Source: Candidatus Dormibacteria bacterium
GTDB taxonomy: Bacteria; Chloroflexota; Dormibacteria; Aeolococcales; Bog-877
NCBI GenBank assembly: GCA_050734425.1
Contig: JBOHUL010000064.1
Location: 16,683 to 80,682, forward strand
DNA length: 64,000 nt
Direction of reading: 5' to 3'
Shown here in pieces: positions 16,552-34,394 of this stretch (position 1 is the stretch's first letter; every line of letters begins with the position of its first letter). The position numbers were made by a program, and so were the translations under genes. Under the pieces are notes generated by a model. It was not told where the DNA came from. It saw nothing but the letters and a program-made list of their open reading frames with translations, and made no database searches.

Positions 16552-19500
16552 TTGCGTACGTCCGCGCCTGCCGGGAGAACTTTTAGAGCTATGCCCTCTT
16601 TTCCTGCTGCCTTGCCCGCCGTGCCCCAACGCCTCAGCTTCGGGACGATCTCCGAGATGCTGGACGTGGGCAACCTGATTGAGACCCAGCTCAATTCGTT
16701 TGGCTGGTTCGTCAGCTCAGGCCTGCGGGAGCTCTTCGATGAGATCAACCCCATCACCGACTACACCGGCAAGAACTACGAGCTCAGGTTCCTTGACTAC
16801 AGCTTCGGCCAGCCCAAGTTCGACCAGGAGGAGTGCCGCAACCGGGACATGACTTTCGCCGCGCCGCTGCGGATCATGACCCGGCTGCATATCAAGACCG
16901 GGGAGAACGCCGGCGAGATCAAGGAGTCCGAGGTGTATCTGGGCGACTTCCCAATGATGACCGAGCAGGGCACCTTCCTGGTCAACGGCACCGAGCGGGT
17001 GGTGGTGAGTCAGCTGGTGCGCTCGCCTGGGGTCTACTTCACCGCCGGCCCCGAGCACCCGGTCACGGGGAGGCCGTTGTACGCGGTCAAGTTCATCCCC
17101 AACCGGGGGGCCTGGCTGGAGATCGAAACCTCGACCAAGGACGTGCTCACGGCCAAGATCGACCGCAAGCGCAAGTTCCAGGCCACCACCTTGATCCGGG
17201 CCCTGGGCTATCCCAGCGACGATGACATCCGTCACTTCTTCCAGGACGTCGACACCGACCCCGAGCACCGCTACATCGACGCCACCCTAGAGAAGGACCC
17301 CAGCCACGACGTCAACGAGGCCCTGGTCGAGCTCTACCGCAAGATCCGCCCGGGCGACCCCCCGACCGTGGAGAACGCCCGCAACCTCCTGCAGGCGCTC
17401 TTCTTCAATCCCCGGCGCTTCGACCTGGGGCGGGTGGGCCGGTTCAAGCTGGACAAGCGCCTGGGGCTGCCCGAGGCCGAGGCCCGGCGCCGGGCGGAGG
17501 AGCACGAGCTGCGGGTTCTGGCCCACGAGGACTTCATCAACATCATCCGCCGCCTGGTGCAGCTCAACAACGGCGAGGGCGAGCAGGACGACATCGATCA
17601 CCTGGGCAACCGCCGGGTCCGAGCGGTGGGCGAGCTGCTGCAAAACCAGTTCCGCACTGGCCTGCTGCGGATGGAACGCATCATCAAGGAGCGGATGACC
17701 ATCTGCGACGCCACCACGGTCACGGCGGCCTCGTTGATAAACGCCCGCCCGGTGGTGGCGGCCATCAAGGAGTTCTTTGGCTCAAGCCAGCTCTCCCAGT
17801 TCATGGACCAGACCAATCCCCTGTCGGAGCTGACCCACAAGCGCCGGCTCTCGGCGCTGGGGCCCGGCGGGCTCTCGCGGGAGCGGGCGGGGATGGTCGT
17901 CCGAGACGTCCACCGGAGCCACTACGGCCGCATCTGCCCGATCGAGACCCCAGAGGGACCCAACATCGGGCTCATGGGCTCACTCGCCACCTTCGCCAGG
18001 GTCAACGACTTCGGCTTCATCGAGACCCCGTTCCGCCGCGTCTACCACGAGCTAGATTTGGGGCGGGAGCAGGGACTGCTCGAGGGCAGGGTGCTGGCGG
18101 CGGCCGCCGGTGGCCTCAAGGCCGGGGCGACCCTCGACGCCAAGGCGCTGAAGCAGCTGGAGAAGGCCGACCTGAGCAAGGTGCAGATCCGCCCCTGGGT
18201 CAGCGGGGAGATCAAGTTTCTCTCCGCCGACGAGGAGGACAAGTACACCGTGGCTCAGGCCAACGCCCCAGTGTCGGAGGCGGGCGACTTCCTCGTCAGC
18301 CACACGCCTGCCCGGACCCGGCACACCTTCAAGGACGTGCCCGTGGCCGAGGTGGACTGGGTCGACGTCTCCCCCAAGCAGACCGTCTCGGTGGCGACGG
18401 CGATGATCCCCTTCCTGGAGCATGACGACGCCAACCGGGCGTTGATGGGCTCCAACATGCAGCGACAGGCGGTTCCCCTGCTCCGGACCGACTCGCCCGT
18501 GGTGGGAACCGGGATGGAGGGCTATGCCGCCAAGGACAGCGGCGAGCTGATCGTCGCCGCCAGCCCGGGGACCGTCCTGGGGGTGAACGTGCCCATCCAG
18601 GAGATCAACCAGGACAAGGTCCAGGTGGTGCGCTCGGGTCAGGACACTGGCCTCGGCATCCTCTTCCGGCCCGATGGGAGAGGACCCGATGTCTGGTACG
18701 GGGTGCACAAGTTCGTCCGCAGCAACCAGGGCACCTGTCTCAGCCAGCGGATCGTGGTCTCACCGGGGGAGCACCTGGACACTGGTGCGGTCATGGCCGA
18801 CGGTCCCTCGACGGATCGGGGTGAGTTGGCCCTGGGCCAGAACGTGCTGGTGGCTTTCATGCCCTGGGAGGGCTACAACTACGAGGACGCCATCCTAATC
18901 AGCGAGTCCGTGGTCCGGGAGGACAAGTACACCTCGATCCACATCGAGGAGTTCGAGGTCGAGGTGCGCGACACCAGGCTCGGCGCCGAGGAGGTGACGA
19001 GGGAGCTTCCCAACGTGGGCGAGGAGAGCCTGCGCAACCTCGACGAGCGTGGCATCGTCTATGTCGGTGCCGAGGTCGCCTCCGGCGACATCCTCGTCGG
19101 TAAGACCACCCCCAAGGGGGAGTCGGAGCTCTCCGCCGAGGAGCGACTCCTCCGCGCCATCTTCGGGGAGAAGTCGAAGGAGGTCCGCGACAGCTCCCTG
19201 CGCGTGCCCCACGGCGAGCGGGGAGTGGTGGTCGACGTGAAGACGTTCAGCCGCTCCAACAAGGACGAGCTGCCCGCCGGCGTGGAGGAGTTGATCCGGA
19301 TCTACGTCGCCCAGAAGCGCAAGATCAGCGAAGGCGACAAGATGGCGGGCCGCCACGGCAACAAGGGGGTCATCGCCCGGATCCTCCCGATCGAAGACCT
19401 CCCCTTCCTTCCCGATGGGACTCCGGTCGAGATCGTCCTCAACCCCCTCGGCGTGCCCAGCCGCATGAATCTGGGCCAGGTGCTGGAAACCCATCTCGGA

Positions 19501-20121
19501 TGGGCGGCTAAGGCCCTGGGGCTGAAGGTCGCTACGCCGGTGTTCGACGGCGCCTCCGAGGCCCAGATCGAAGACGAGCTGGAGCGGGCGGGTCTGCCGC
19601 GAGACGGCAAGGTCTGGCTCCGTGACGGCCGCTCAGGGGAGACCTTCGACCAGCCGGTGACGGTGGGGATCATCTACATGATGAAGCTGGCCCACCTGGT
19701 GGAGGACAAGATCCACGCCCGCAGCACCGGGCCCTACAGCCTGGTCACCCAGCAGCCGCTGGGAGGGAAGGCCCAGTTCGGCGGGCAGCGGTTCGGTGAG
19801 ATGGAGGTCTGGGCCCTGGAGGCCTACGGCGCCAGCCACATCCTCCAGGAAATCCTGACCATCAAGTCGGACGACATCGTCGGTCGGGTCAAGGCCTACG
19901 AGGCCATCGTCAAGGGCGACAACACCCTGGATGCCAGCATCCCCGAGTCTTTCCGGGTCCTGGTCAAGGAGCTGGAAGGGCTGGCGCTCGGGGTCGAGAT
20001 CATGTCCGAGAACGAGGAGCAGATCGTATTCACAGAGGACGACATGCCCGACATGCCGCTGAGCCTCGGAATCAACCTGGAGCGCGACGAGCGCGACGAC
20101 GCCGAGGACATCAGCAGGTAG
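16552..20121 (+). CDS. rpoB: DNA-directed RNA polymerase subunit beta
   Basis: Full-length RpoB homology. Likely start at the in-frame ATG 16591 (MPSFPAAL...). Confidence 0.95.
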   Translation: MRTSAPAGRTFRAMPSFPAALPAVPQRLSFGTISEMLDVGNLIETQLNSFGWFVSSGLRELFDEINPITDYTGKNYELRFLDYSFGQPKFDQEECRNRDMTFAAPLRIMTRLHIKTGENAGEIKESEVYLGDFPMMTEQGTFLVNGTERVVVSQLVRSPGVYFTAGPEHPVTGRPLYAVKFIPNRGAWLEIETSTKDVLTAKIDRKRKFQATTLIRALGYPSDDDIRHFFQDVDTDPEHRYIDATLEKDPSHDVNEALVELYRKIRPGDPPTVENARNLLQALFFNPRRFDLGRVGRFKLDKRLGLPEAEARRRAEEHELRVLAHEDFINIIRRLVQLNNGEGEQDDIDHLGNRRVRAVGELLQNQFRTGLLRMERIIKERMTICDATTVTAASLINARPVVAAIKEFFGSSQLSQFMDQTNPLSELTHKRRLSALGPGGLSRERAGMVVRDVHRSHYGRICPIETPEGPNIGLMGSLATFARVNDFGFIETPFRRVYHELDLGREQGLLEGRVLAAAAGGLKAGATLDAKALKQLEKADLSKVQIRPWVSGEIKFLSADEEDKYTVAQANAPVSEAGDFLVSHTPARTRHTFKDVPVAEVDWVDVSPKQTVSVATAMIPFLEHDDANRALMGSNMQRQAVPLLRTDSPVVGTGMEGYAAKDSGELIVAASPGTVLGVNVPIQEINQDKVQVVRSGQDTGLGILFRPDGRGPDVWYGVHKFVRSNQGTCLSQRIVVSPGEHLDTGAVMADGPSTDRGELALGQNVLVAFMPWEGYNYEDAILISESVVREDKYTSIHIEEFEVEVRDTRLGAEEVTRELPNVGEESLRNLDERGIVYVGAEVASGDILVGKTTPKGESELSAEERLLRAIFGEKSKEVRDSSLRVPHGERGVVVDVKTFSRSNKDELPAGVEELIRIYVAQKRKISEGDKMAGRHGNKGVIARILPIEDLPFLPDGTPVEIVLNPLGVPSRMNLGQVLETHLGWAAKALGLKVATPVFDGASEAQIEDELERAGLPRDGKVWLRDGRSGETFDQPVTVGIIYMMKLAHLVEDKIHARSTGPYSLVTQQPLGGKAQFGGQRFGEMEVWALEAYGASHILQEILTIKSDDIVGRVKAYEAIVKGDNTLDASIPESFRVLVKELEGLALGVEIMSENEEQIVFTEDDMPDMPLSLGINLERDERDDAEDISR

Positions 20122-20211
20122 GCGTGTCCTTCATCCCGAATCCCCGGGGATGGGCCGGCCCGGATCCATCCCCGCTCGCCATCCACCCATTCGCCAGGAG
20201 GCGGCCAAGCC

Positions 20212-24585
<4,374 letters not shown>

Positions 24586-24737
24586 ACGCGGGAGCGGCTC
24601 TCGCACTGGCCGCGCCGCGTGTTGCGCCACCTGCGGGACGCGCCCGGGCGCCTCACGAGCTCAGCCGGAGCGCGTCCTCGCCCCGACGCCACAGGTAGCG
24701 TAGGCGCGGATATCGGAAAAGGGGGAGAAGCCAGCCC

Positions 24738-25169
24738 ATGATCAGCCATCTTTCGCATACCCCGATCTACGTGCTGAACCAGGATTCAGCCAAGGACTTC
24801 TACACCCGGGTCCTCGGCTTCGAGGTGCGCAGCGACGTGGTGATGGGTGAGGGATTCGATGGAGCGGGGGCTGGCTTCCGCTGGTTGACCGTCGGTCCGA
24901 GGGACCAGCCAGGTGTCGAGCTGATCTTGGCGGACTGCTCCATGGGCCGCGACCCGGAGGCGGCCCAGAAGCTGCGTGACCTAGTCTCTGGCGGCACCAT
25001 GGGGGCGGGCGTGATGGCGACGGACGACTGCCGGGCGACCTGCGACGAGCTTCGGGCCAGGGGAGTTGCCTTCATCCAGGAGCCAGCCGACCGCCCCTAC
25101 GGCATCGAAGCCGTTTTTCGCGACGACTCGGGCAACTGGTTCACGCTGACCCAGCGCTTGACCGGATAG
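24738..25169 (+). CDS. VOC-family (glyoxalase/bleomycin-resistance/dioxygenase fold) protein
   Basis: 143 aa; ...HTPIYVLNQDSAKDFYTRVLGFEV... and ...VAFIQEPADRPYGIEAVFRDDSGNWFTLTQ are typical VOC paired beta-alpha-beta-beta-beta modules. Confidence 0.65.
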   Translation: MISHLSHTPIYVLNQDSAKDFYTRVLGFEVRSDVVMGEGFDGAGAGFRWLTVGPRDQPGVELILADCSMGRDPEAAQKLRDLVSGGTMGAGVMATDDCRATCDELRARGVAFIQEPADRPYGIEAVFRDDSGNWFTLTQRLTG

Positions 25170-25284
25170 CCGCTCCCGGCGCGCGTCCGGAGATGGGGGA
25201 CCTCTGCGGCACTCATGGCTGGCGTCGATCGGAGCGGCTTCGAGACTGGCTCCGGGGGCAGGAGCAGCCGATACCATCACGGTC

Positions 25285-26403
25285 ATGGCGCGCCGCAGCA
25301 CCCCTCCCTTTCGAGCCGACCACGTCGGCAGCCTGCTGCGGCCCAAGAGCCTGCTGCGAGCTCGCCGAGACTTGGCCGCCGGCACCATCGGGGCCGACGA
25401 GTTGCGCGAGCAGGAGGACCAAGCCATCCGGGCGGCGGTGCGGATGCAAGAGGCGCTGGGGTTGCAGTCGGCCACCGACGGTGAGTTCCGCCGAACGTCG
25501 TGGCACATGGACTTCATCTACCAGCTGCAGGGGATCGGGAAGGCCGACCAAAGTCTTCGAGTGCAGTTCCGCAAAGGCGACGGCACCACCGAGTTCACCT
25601 CGGCGGCGCTGCGAGTCCAGGACCGCATCCGGCTCGGGCAGCCCATCTTCGCCGAGCACTTCCAGTTCCTGCAGTCGTGCGTCAGCACCGCAATCCCCAA
25701 GCTGACGATCCCCTCGCCGAGCATGGTCCACTACCGAGGTGGGCGGGCGGCCATCGACCCCGCGGTTTACCCTGACCTCGACCAGTTCTGGGAGGACCTG
25801 AGCCGGGCCTACGCCGACGAGATCGCGGCGCTGGCCGGGCAGGGCTGCACCTACCTGCAGCTGGACGACACCAGCCTCGCCTACCTCAACGACCCTGCCC
25901 AGCGGGAGATGCTGCAGCTCCAGGGTATCGACGCTGAGCACCAGCACCTGACCAACATCCGCCAGATCAACAAGGCGCTGGAGGGAAGGCCTCAGGGGAT
26001 GGCCATCACGAGCCACTCCTGTCGCGGCAACTACCGCTCCTACTGGGTGGCGGAGGGCGGCTACGACTTCGTCGCCGAGGCGCTGTTCAGCGAGCTCCAG
26101 GTCGACGGTTTCTTCCTGGAATTCGACGACGAGCGCTCGGGGAGCTTCGCCCCGCTGCGATTCGTGCCCAAGGGGAAGATGGTGGTGCTGGGCCTGGTCA
26201 CGACCAAGCGGGGGGAGTTGGAGAACAAGGACCAGCTCAAGCGCCGGATCGAAGAGGCGAGCCGCTACGTGCCCTTGGACCAGCTCTGTCTCTCGCCCCA
26301 GTGCGGCTTCTCGTCGACCGTCGAGGGCAACCAGATCACCGTCGAGGAAGAGGTGGCGAAGCTGCGCCTGGTAGTAGAGGTGGCGGCTGAGGTCTGGGGG
26401 TGA
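25285..26403 (+). CDS. Cobalamin-independent methionine synthase II-like protein (YxjG/YxjH family)
   Basis: FRADHVGSLLRPKSLLRARRDLAAGTIGADELREQEDQAIRAAVRMQEALGLQSATDGEFRR matches the B. subtilis YxjG/YxjH N-terminus; the rest has a MetE C-domain-like fold. Confidence 0.7.
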   Translation: MARRSTPPFRADHVGSLLRPKSLLRARRDLAAGTIGADELREQEDQAIRAAVRMQEALGLQSATDGEFRRTSWHMDFIYQLQGIGKADQSLRVQFRKGDGTTEFTSAALRVQDRIRLGQPIFAEHFQFLQSCVSTAIPKLTIPSPSMVHYRGGRAAIDPAVYPDLDQFWEDLSRAYADEIAALAGQGCTYLQLDDTSLAYLNDPAQREMLQLQGIDAEHQHLTNIRQINKALEGRPQGMAITSHSCRGNYRSYWVAEGGYDFVAEALFSELQVDGFFLEFDDERSGSFAPLRFVPKGKMVVLGLVTTKRGELENKDQLKRRIEEASRYVPLDQLCLSPQCGFSSTVEGNQITVEEEVAKLRLVVEVAAEVWG

Positions 26404-26611
26404 CCGGGGCCGGGTGAGCGGCCGGTAGCCGCCTTCTGCCCGTTGAGGCCCTCGCCGGACTCGCCGGGCCAGATCCAGCGCCACGGCCCCGCCGGTCGCC
26501 GACCGGGCTCAGCCGAGCTCAAACCGATCTCGGCCTCGATCGGCGGCCCGGACCAACAAACCGTGAGGGCCGGTGGGGAACGGCGTAACTACGACAGGAG
26601 CTGTCCCGAGT

Positions 26612-26640
26612 TTGACAGCCTCACCGTCCGGCGATAGACT
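26612..26640 (+). promoter_or_regulatory. Promoter candidate for the str operon (rpsL–rpsG–fusA–tuf): TTGACA-N17-TAGACT
   Basis: Consensus -35 TTGACA (26612-26617), 17-nt spacer, -10 TAGACT (26635-26640), ~90 nt upstream of rpsL. Confidence 0.4.
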
Positions 26641-26728
26641 AGGTGATCGCGTCTCCGGCGGGGCGTGAGCTAATTTCCGCTTGGCCGCTGCCCCGGAACG
26701 GCCAATGTTCCTCAAGGTCCAATTCAAC

Positions 26729-27115
26729 TTGCCCACCATTCAGCAACTGGTCCGGAAGGGTCGCCAGCCGGTGACCAAGAAGACCAAGTCGCCGGCCCTG
26801 CGGGGCTCGCCCCAGCGCCGGGGGGTGTGCGTCCGTGTCTTCACCACCACCCCGAAGAAGCCAAACTCGGCGCTGCGCAAGGTGGCCCGAGTGCGACTCA
26901 CTACCAAGGTTGAGGTGACCGCCTACATCCCCGGGATTGGGCACAACCTGCAGGAGCACTCGGTGGTGCTGGTCCGAGGCGGCCGGGTCAAGGACCTCCC
27001 CGGGGTGCGTTACCACATAATCAGGGGTGCGCTCGACACCGCCGGGGCTAGCGCCCGCAAGCAGTCGCGAAGCAAGTACGGCGCCAAGCGCGAGAAGCCC
27101 GCTAGGAGCGCCTGA
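26729..27115 (+). CDS. rpsL: 30S ribosomal protein S12
   Basis: Conserved N-terminus (M)[11 protein letters not shown] from a TTG at 26729; an in-frame ATG at 26705 is an alternative start. ...[16 protein letters not shown]... Confidence 0.9.
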   Translation: MPTIQQLVRKGRQPVTKKTKSPALRGSPQRRGVCVRVFTTTPKKPNSALRKVARVRLTTKVEVTAYIPGIGHNLQEHSVVLVRGGRVKDLPGVRYHIIRGALDTAGASARKQSRSKYGAKREKPARSA

Positions 27116-27116
27116 G

Positions 27117-27587
27117 ATGCCCCGCCGCCAGCGCGTCTCTCGCCGGGTCATCATCCCCGATCCCCACTACCACAGTGAGGCGCTGGCCAAGTTCATCAAT
27201 TCAGTGATGCTCAACGGCAAGCGGGCGACCGCCGAGCGCATCGTATACGGGGCGTTGGGCCGGATCTCCAAGAGCCAGCGCCGGGAGCCGATCGAGGTCT
27301 TCGATCAGGCGATGCGCAACGCTACCCCGATCATCGAGGTCAAGCCCAAGCGAGTGGGGGGCGCCACCTATCAGGTTCCGGTGGAGATCCGCCACGACCG
27401 CCGCCTGGCGCTGGCCCGGCGCTGGATCATCAAGGGCGCCCGGGACCGGCACGGACGGAGCATGGCCGAGAAGCTCGCCTCCGAGCTGATGGACGCCAAC
27501 AACGGCATCGGCCAGGCGGTCAAGCGCAAGGAAGACACCCACAAGATGGCCGAGTCCAACCGGGCCTTCTCCCACTTCCGCTACTGA
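27117..27587 (+). CDS. rpsG: 30S ribosomal protein S7
   Basis: [16 protein letters not shown]... after an AGGAG RBS. The tool ORF (27027) is an N-terminal over-extension. Confidence 0.9.
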   Translation: MPRRQRVSRRVIIPDPHYHSEALAKFINSVMLNGKRATAERIVYGALGRISKSQRREPIEVFDQAMRNATPIIEVKPKRVGGATYQVPVEIRHDRRLALARRWIIKGARDRHGRSMAEKLASELMDANNGIGQAVKRKEDTHKMAESNRAFSHFRY

Positions 27588-29701
27588 TGAGCACCCAGGT
27601 CTCGACCGCTCCCAAGGGAATGGCGGCAGGGCGCCAGACGCCTCTTGACCGGGTGCGCAACATCGGGATCATGGCCCACATCGACGCGGGCAAGACCACC
27701 ACCACCGAGAGGGTGCTCTTCTACACCGGCCGCATCCACAAGATGGGTGAGGTCCACGACGGGGCCGCGACCATGGACTGGATGGTCCAAGAGCAGGAGA
27801 GGGGCATCACCATCACCTCGGCCGCCACTGCGGCGGAGTGGAAGGGCCACCAGATCAACATCATCGACACGCCGGGACACGTCGACTTCACCGCCGAGGT
27901 GGAGCGGAGCCTGCGAGTCCTGGATGGCGCGATCGCCCTCTTCGACGCCGTCAGCGGGGTGGAGCCCCAGTCGGAGACCGTCTGGCGTCAGGCCGACCGT
28001 TACGACGTGCCCCGGATCTGCTTCATCAACAAGATGGACCGCACCGGAGCGGACTTCCACGGCGCGGTCGGGGCCATCAGGGAGCGGCTTGGGGCCAGGG
28101 CGGTGCCGGTGCAGCTCCCGATCGGCTCCGAGGAGTCCTTCGTCGGGATCTACGATCTGATCCGGGAGCGGGCTACGGTCTACACCGACGACCTCGGAAC
28201 CTCGGTCAACAACCCCGAGCTGCCGGCGGAGATGGCGGAGGCGGTGGCGACCGCCCGGCAGGAGCTGGTGGAGGCGGCCGCCGAGTTCGACGACGAGGTG
28301 ATGCAGAGCTACCTCGACGACCAGCCGATCGAGCCCGAGAGGCTGAGCAAGGCCCTGCGCCGCGGCACCGTCCGAGCCCAGGTATTCCCCGTCTACTGCG
28401 GCGCCGCGCTGCGCAACCGCGGGGTCCAGCCCCTGCTCGACGGGGTGGTGGAGTTCCTCCCCAGCCCGGTGGACCGGCCCCCCGTGACCGGAACCGACCC
28501 CAACGGGGCCGAGCGAATCGTGCGGGAGGTGGAGGACGAAGCGCCCTTCTCAGCACTTGCCTTCAAGATCATGACCGACCCCTACGTCGGCAAGCTCACC
28601 TTCTTTAGGGTCTACAGCGGTCAGCTCAAGGCCGGGACCTACGTCTATAACGCCAGCCGTGGGGAGCGAGAGCGGGTAGGCCGCATCCTCAAGATGCACG
28701 CCAACCGGAGGGAGGAGGTGGATCAGGTCCGGGCCGGGGACATCGCCGCCGCCATTGGGCTGCGCCACGCCTCAACCGGCGACACTCTCAGCGACGAGGG
28801 GCATCCCATCCTGCTTGAGTCGATCACCTTCAGCGAGCCGGTGATCTCGGTCGCGATCGAGCCCAAGACCAAGGCCGACCAGGACAAGCTGGACTTGGCC
28901 CTGCTCAAGCTGGCCGAGGAGGACCCCACCTTTCGGGTCAAGACCGACCCCGAGACGGGCCAGAACCTGATCTCGGGGATGGGCGAGCTGCACCTTGAGG
29001 TGATCGTGGACCGCCTTCTCCGCGAGTTCAAGGTGGACGCCAACGTAGGCAAGCCCCAGGTCGCCTACCGCGAGACCGTGCGCAAGGAGGCCAAGGGCAC
29101 CGGGCGCTTCGTGCGCCAGACCGGCGGCCACGGCCAGTACGGCCACTGCGAGCTGATCGTCGGCCCCAACGAGACGGGCCAGGGCTTCGAGTTCGTGAAC
29201 AAGATCGTGGGGGGCACCATCCCCAAGGAGTACATCTCCCCGATCGAGAAGGGCTGCATCGACGCCATGCAGTCGGGGGTGGTGGCGGGCTATCCCGTGG
29301 TCGACGTCAAGGTGACCGTCTACGACGGCTCCTTCCACGACGTCGACTCCTCGGAGCAGGCCTTCCAGATCGCGGGCTCGCTGGGGATGAAGGACGGGAT
29401 GCGCAAGGCGGCCCCCGTTTTGCTGGAGCCGGTGATGAAGGTCGATGTGACCGTGCCCGAGGCCAACCTGGGCGATATCATCGGCGATCTCTCCGCCCGC
29501 AGAGGCCACACCCTGGGGATGGAGAGCCGCCGGGGAATGCAGATCGTCCACGCCCAGGTACCCCTGGGCAACATGTTCGGTTATGCCACCCAGGTGCGGA
29601 GCATGACCCAGGGACGGGCCAGCTACGCGATGGAATTCGACCACTACCAGGAGTTGCCGCAGGGCCTGGCGGAGGAGATCACGGCCAAGCGGAAGAGTTG
29701 A
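27587..29701 (+). CDS. fusA: Elongation factor G
   Basis: [22 protein letters not shown]...; ATGA overlap with the rpsG stop. Confidence 0.95.
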   Translation: MSTQVSTAPKGMAAGRQTPLDRVRNIGIMAHIDAGKTTTTERVLFYTGRIHKMGEVHDGAATMDWMVQEQERGITITSAATAAEWKGHQINIIDTPGHVDFTAEVERSLRVLDGAIALFDAVSGVEPQSETVWRQADRYDVPRICFINKMDRTGADFHGAVGAIRERLGARAVPVQLPIGSEESFVGIYDLIRERATVYTDDLGTSVNNPELPAEMAEAVATARQELVEAAAEFDDEVMQSYLDDQPIEPERLSKALRRGTVRAQVFPVYCGAALRNRGVQPLLDGVVEFLPSPVDRPPVTGTDPNGAERIVREVEDEAPFSALAFKIMTDPYVGKLTFFRVYSGQLKAGTYVYNASRGERERVGRILKMHANRREEVDQVRAGDIAAAIGLRHASTGDTLSDEGHPILLESITFSEPVISVAIEPKTKADQDKLDLALLKLAEEDPTFRVKTDPETGQNLISGMGELHLEVIVDRLLREFKVDANVGKPQVAYRETVRKEAKGTGRFVRQTGGHGQYGHCELIVGPNETGQGFEFVNKIVGGTIPKEYISPIEKGCIDAMQSGVVAGYPVVDVKVTVYDGSFHDVDSSEQAFQIAGSLGMKDGMRKAAPVLLEPVMKVDVTVPEANLGDIIGDLSARRGHTLGMESRRGMQIVHAQVPLGNMFGYATQVRSMTQGRASYAMEFDHYQELPQGLAEEITAKRKS

Positions 29702-29750
29702 ACCACCGGCAATTGAGGGAGGACGAAACCCTCACCAAGGGCAGGAAGGA

Positions 29751-30935
<1,185 letters not shown>

Positions 30936-30966
30936 CCTGGAGAAGAAGGGAGCCCCGAGGCAGAAG

Positions 30967-31272
30967 ATGGCCCAGCGAATACGCATCCGGCTCAAGGCCT
31001 ACGACCACCGGGTCCTGGACCAGGCGGCCGCCCGGATCGTGGAGACCGTCACCCGCAACCAGGCCAAGGTGGTGGGTCCGGTGCCGATGCCCACCGAGAT
31101 CAACAAGTACACCGTGGTCCGGGGCCCCTTCATCGACAAGGACTCACGGGAGCAGTTCGAGATGCGCACGCACAAGCGCAACGTCGACATCCTCGACCCC
31201 AACCCCAAGGTGATCGACGCGCTGATGCACCTGAACCTGCCGAGCGGGGTCAACATCGAGATCAAGCTCTGA
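30967..31272 (+). CDS. rpsJ: 30S ribosomal protein S10
   Basis: [19 protein letters not shown]... Confidence 0.95.
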   Translation: MAQRIRIRLKAYDHRVLDQAAARIVETVTRNQAKVVGPVPMPTEINKYTVVRGPFIDKDSREQFEMRTHKRNVDILDPNPKVIDALMHLNLPSGVNIEIKL

Positions 31273-31913
31273 TGACCAAGGCGCTCCTGGCCCGCAAGCT
31301 GGGGATGACCCAGATCTTCCTGGAGGACGGTCGCTGCTGTCCGGTGACCGTGCTTCAGGCCGGGCCGTGCCCCGTCGTCCAGCTCAAGACCGAGGCCAAG
31401 GAGGGCTATGACGCGGTCCAGATCGCGTTTGCGCCCATGGCCAAGCGGGTGAGCAAGCCCCGCCGAGGCCACTTCGAGGTGGCCGACCTTGAACCCCACC
31501 GCCACCTGGCCGAGGTGAGGGGTGAGAGCGAGGCGGCCGTGGGCGACGTGCTCACGGTGGGTACCTTCCAGGCGGGGGCGTTCCTGGACGTGATCGGGAC
31601 CAGCAAGGGCAAGGGATTCGCCGGGCCGCACAAGCGCCACCACTTCGGCCGGGGGCCCGTCACCCACGGCAGCCACAACATACGACAGCCGGGCTCGGTC
31701 GGCTCGGTCGATGCCGCCAGGACCTGGCGCGGTCTGCGGATGGCGGGCCATCTGGGAGCCCAGCGGAGCACGGTCAGGCGCCTGCAACTGGTCCGGGTCG
31801 ACGAGGAGCGCAACCTGCTCTTGGTCAAAGGGGCGGTGCCGGGCCAGCGCCAGGGCGTGGTGCTGGTGCGGGAGTCGCCGCCGCGGCGGCGCCGCCAGGG
31901 GGCCCACCGCTGA
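31272..31913 (+). CDS. rplC: 50S ribosomal protein L3
   Basis: L3 family; TGATG overlap with rpsJ. Confidence 0.95.
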   Translation: MTKALLARKLGMTQIFLEDGRCCPVTVLQAGPCPVVQLKTEAKEGYDAVQIAFAPMAKRVSKPRRGHFEVADLEPHRHLAEVRGESEAAVGDVLTVGTFQAGAFLDVIGTSKGKGFAGPHKRHHFGRGPVTHGSHNIRQPGSVGSVDAARTWRGLRMAGHLGAQRSTVRRLQLVRVDEERNLLLVKGAVPGQRQGVVLVRESPPRRRRQGAHR

Positions 31914-32536
31914 TGGCCCACGCGGTGCTGCGGGGGCCGGAAGGCCAGGAGCAGGGCACAGTCGAGCTGCCGGAGACCGTCTTCGGCGGTGCCGTCCACC
32001 ATGCCGCCCTGCACCAGGCCCTGCTGCGCCAGGCGGCCGGGGCGCGTCAGGGCACCCATGCCACCAAGACCCGGGGCCAGGTCCGCGGCGGGGGGCGCAA
32101 ACCCTACCGCCAGAAGGGGACGGGGCGGGCACGCCAGGGTTCGATCCGGGCGCCCCAGTGGCGCGGCGGCGGCACGGTCTTCGGCCCCACGCCCCACGGC
32201 CATGCCCAGGCCATGCCCCGCAAGCAGCGTCGGCTGGCGTTGCGCTCGGCGCTGGCGGCCAAGGCCGAGGAGGGTGCGATTCAGGTGGTCGAGGAGCTGG
32301 AGTACGAAGGGCCGAAGACGCGGAGGCTGGCGGCCTTCCTGGATCAGGCGGGGGCGGCCCGGCGGGTGCTGCTGGTGCTGCGGGAGCGCTCTGACAACGT
32401 CGAGCTCTCGGCCCGCAACATCCCCCAGCTCAAGGTGATCCTGAGCCACAACCTGGGTGTCCGCGACCTGCTGACCGCCGAGACCCTGATCTTCACCAGA
32501 GCGGCGCTGGAGCAGGTGGGGGAGCACCTCTCGTGA
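31913..32536 (+). CDS. rplD: 50S ribosomal protein L4
   Basis: L4 family. Confidence 0.9.
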   Translation: MAHAVLRGPEGQEQGTVELPETVFGGAVHHAALHQALLRQAAGARQGTHATKTRGQVRGGGRKPYRQKGTGRARQGSIRAPQWRGGGTVFGPTPHGHAQAMPRKQRRLALRSALAAKAEEGAIQVVEELEYEGPKTRRLAAFLDQAGAARRVLLVLRERSDNVELSARNIPQLKVILSHNLGVRDLLTAETLIFTRAALEQVGEHLS

Positions 32537-32835
32537 AGGAGCCCGCCTCGGTTTTGATCCGCCCCGTCATCAGCGAGAAGTCGTACGCCGGCATGGCCAA
32601 GCAGCGCTACGTCTTCCAGGTTTCGCCCCGGGCCAACAAGATCGAGGTGAAGCAGGCGATCGAGTCCGCCTTCAAGGTCAAGGCGGTCGCGGTCAACGTC
32701 ATGGTGGTCAAGGGCAAGACCAGGACCCGGATGCGCCGGGGCGGCCGGATCGTGGGGCGCAGCCGCGACTGGAAAAAGGCGGTGGTGACCCTGGCCCCGG
32801 GCGAGAGCATCGCCAACCTCTTCGAGGGAGTCTGA
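32533..32835 (+). CDS. rplW: 50S ribosomal protein L23
   Basis: L23 family. Confidence 0.9.
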   Translation: MKEPASVLIRPVISEKSYAGMAKQRYVFQVSPRANKIEVKQAIESAFKVKAVAVNVMVVKGKTRTRMRRGGRIVGRSRDWKKAVVTLAPGESIANLFEGV

Positions 32836-32836
32836 G

Positions 32837-33661
32837 ATGCCGGTCAAGCGCTACCGCCCGACCTCGCCGGGGCGCCGCTTCATGAGCGTGAGCTCCTTCG
32901 AGGACGTGGTCAAGTGCGAAGCCGAGCGCCGGCTCACGGTTTCGCTCAAGAAGCACTCCGGCCGAAACGCGCAGGGCAAGATCACCGTGCGCCACCGCGG
33001 CGGCGGCCATCGCCGGATCTACCGCAAGATCGACTTCAAGCGGGACAAGCTGGATGTGCCGGGTAACGTGGCCACGATCGAGTACGACCCCAACCGCAGC
33101 GCCCGGATCGCCTTGATCCACTACCTGGACGGTGAGAAGCGCTACATCCTCGCCCCCGAGGGGCTGCGGGTGGCGGACCGAGTGGTGGCGGGAGAGAAGA
33201 GTGACATCCAGCCCGGCAACTCGCTGCCCCTGACTAAGATCCCCCTCGGGACCACGGTCCACAACATCGAGGTCCAGTTGGGCCGGGGAGGGCAGTTGGT
33301 ACGCAGCGCTGGCGTGGGGGCCCAACTGGTGGCCCGGGAGGGGCGCCACGCCCAGCTGCGGATGCCTTCCGGTGAGGTGCGGCTGATCGACGTCCGCTGT
33401 CGCGCCACCATCGGTCAGGTGGGCAACTCCGACCACTCCAACGAGACCTGGGGCAAGGCGGGCAAGAGCCGCTGGCGTGGCTTCCGGCCCACCGTCCGGG
33501 GGGCGACGATGAATCCCGTTGACCATCCCCACGGAGGCGGGGAGGGGCGCTCAGGGCCTGGCGGGCACCCGCAGACGCCGTGGGGCAAGCCCGCTTTGGG
33601 CCACCGGACGAGGAACAACAAGTCAACCAATCGCATGATCGTCCGCCGGAGGAGCAAGTAG
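32837..33661 (+). CDS. rplB: 50S ribosomal protein L2
   Basis: ...[16 protein letters not shown]... L2 signature. Confidence 0.95.
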   Translation: MPVKRYRPTSPGRRFMSVSSFEDVVKCEAERRLTVSLKKHSGRNAQGKITVRHRGGGHRRIYRKIDFKRDKLDVPGNVATIEYDPNRSARIALIHYLDGEKRYILAPEGLRVADRVVAGEKSDIQPGNSLPLTKIPLGTTVHNIEVQLGRGGQLVRSAGVGAQLVAREGRHAQLRMPSGEVRLIDVRCRATIGQVGNSDHSNETWGKAGKSRWRGFRPTVRGATMNPVDHPHGGGEGRSGPGGHPQTPWGKPALGHRTRNNKSTNRMIVRRRSK

Positions 33662-33662
33662 C

Positions 33663-33947
33663 ATGAGCCGCTCGGTCAAGAAGGGCCCCTTCTGCGACGC
33701 CCCACTCCTGAAGAAGGTGCTGGAGATGAACCGGGCCAAGGAGAAGCGGGTGATCCGGACCTGGTCCCGGCGCAGCGACATCTTCCCCGAGATGCTGGGG
33801 CACACGATCGCGGTCCACGACGGCCGCAAGCATGTCCCGGTGTTCATCAGCGAGGCAATGGTCGGTCACAAGCTGGGCGAGTTCGTGCCCACCCGGCGCT
33901 TCCGCAGCCATGGCCACCACACCGAGCGCAGCTCGGCTTTGAAGTAG
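33663..33947 (+). CDS. rpsS: 30S ribosomal protein S19
   Basis: [19 protein letters not shown]... Confidence 0.95.
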   Translation: MSRSVKKGPFCDAPLLKKVLEMNRAKEKRVIRTWSRRSDIFPEMLGHTIAVHDGRKHVPVFISEAMVGHKLGEFVPTRRFRSHGHHTERSSALK

Positions 33948-33960
33948 CGAAGGGGCAGGT

Positions 33961-34386
33961 ATGCAGGTTCAGGCGCTGGCGCGGTGGGTGCGGGTGCCCC
34001 CCCGCAAGGCCCGGCTGGTGGCCGAGGTGGTGGAGGGGATGGCCGTGGCCGAGGCCCTGACCACCCTGGCGTTCATGCCCCAGGCGGCGGCCCGGGACGT
34101 GGCCAAGGTGGTGCGCTCCGCCGCCGCCAATGCCGAGAACAACTTCAGCTTGGACCGGGACCGGCTCCAGCTGCTGCGGGTGGACGTGGACGGGGGACCC
34201 ACCATCAAGCGCTTCCGGCCCCGGGCCAGGGGGTCCTCCGCCTCTATCTTCAAGCGCACCTGCCACCTGAAGGCGGTGGTGGAGGACGGCCTGGCGCGGC
34301 CCGGCCGGGACCGGGGCCGACCGGCGCTGGCGCGGGCCCCTGTCCCCACGACGGACGCGGCCGAACCCGAGCCTGAGGAGGACTGA
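33961..34386 (+). CDS. rplV: 50S ribosomal protein L22 (with C-terminal extension)
   Basis: L22 core plus a ~30-aa Arg/Pro/Ala-rich tail. Confidence 0.9.
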   Translation: MQVQALARWVRVPPRKARLVAEVVEGMAVAEALTTLAFMPQAAARDVAKVVRSAAANAENNFSLDRDRLQLLRVDVDGGPTIKRFRPRARGSSASIFKRTCHLKAVVEDGLARPGRDRGRPALARAPVPTTDAAEPEPEED

Positions 34387-34394
34387 GCGAGAAC

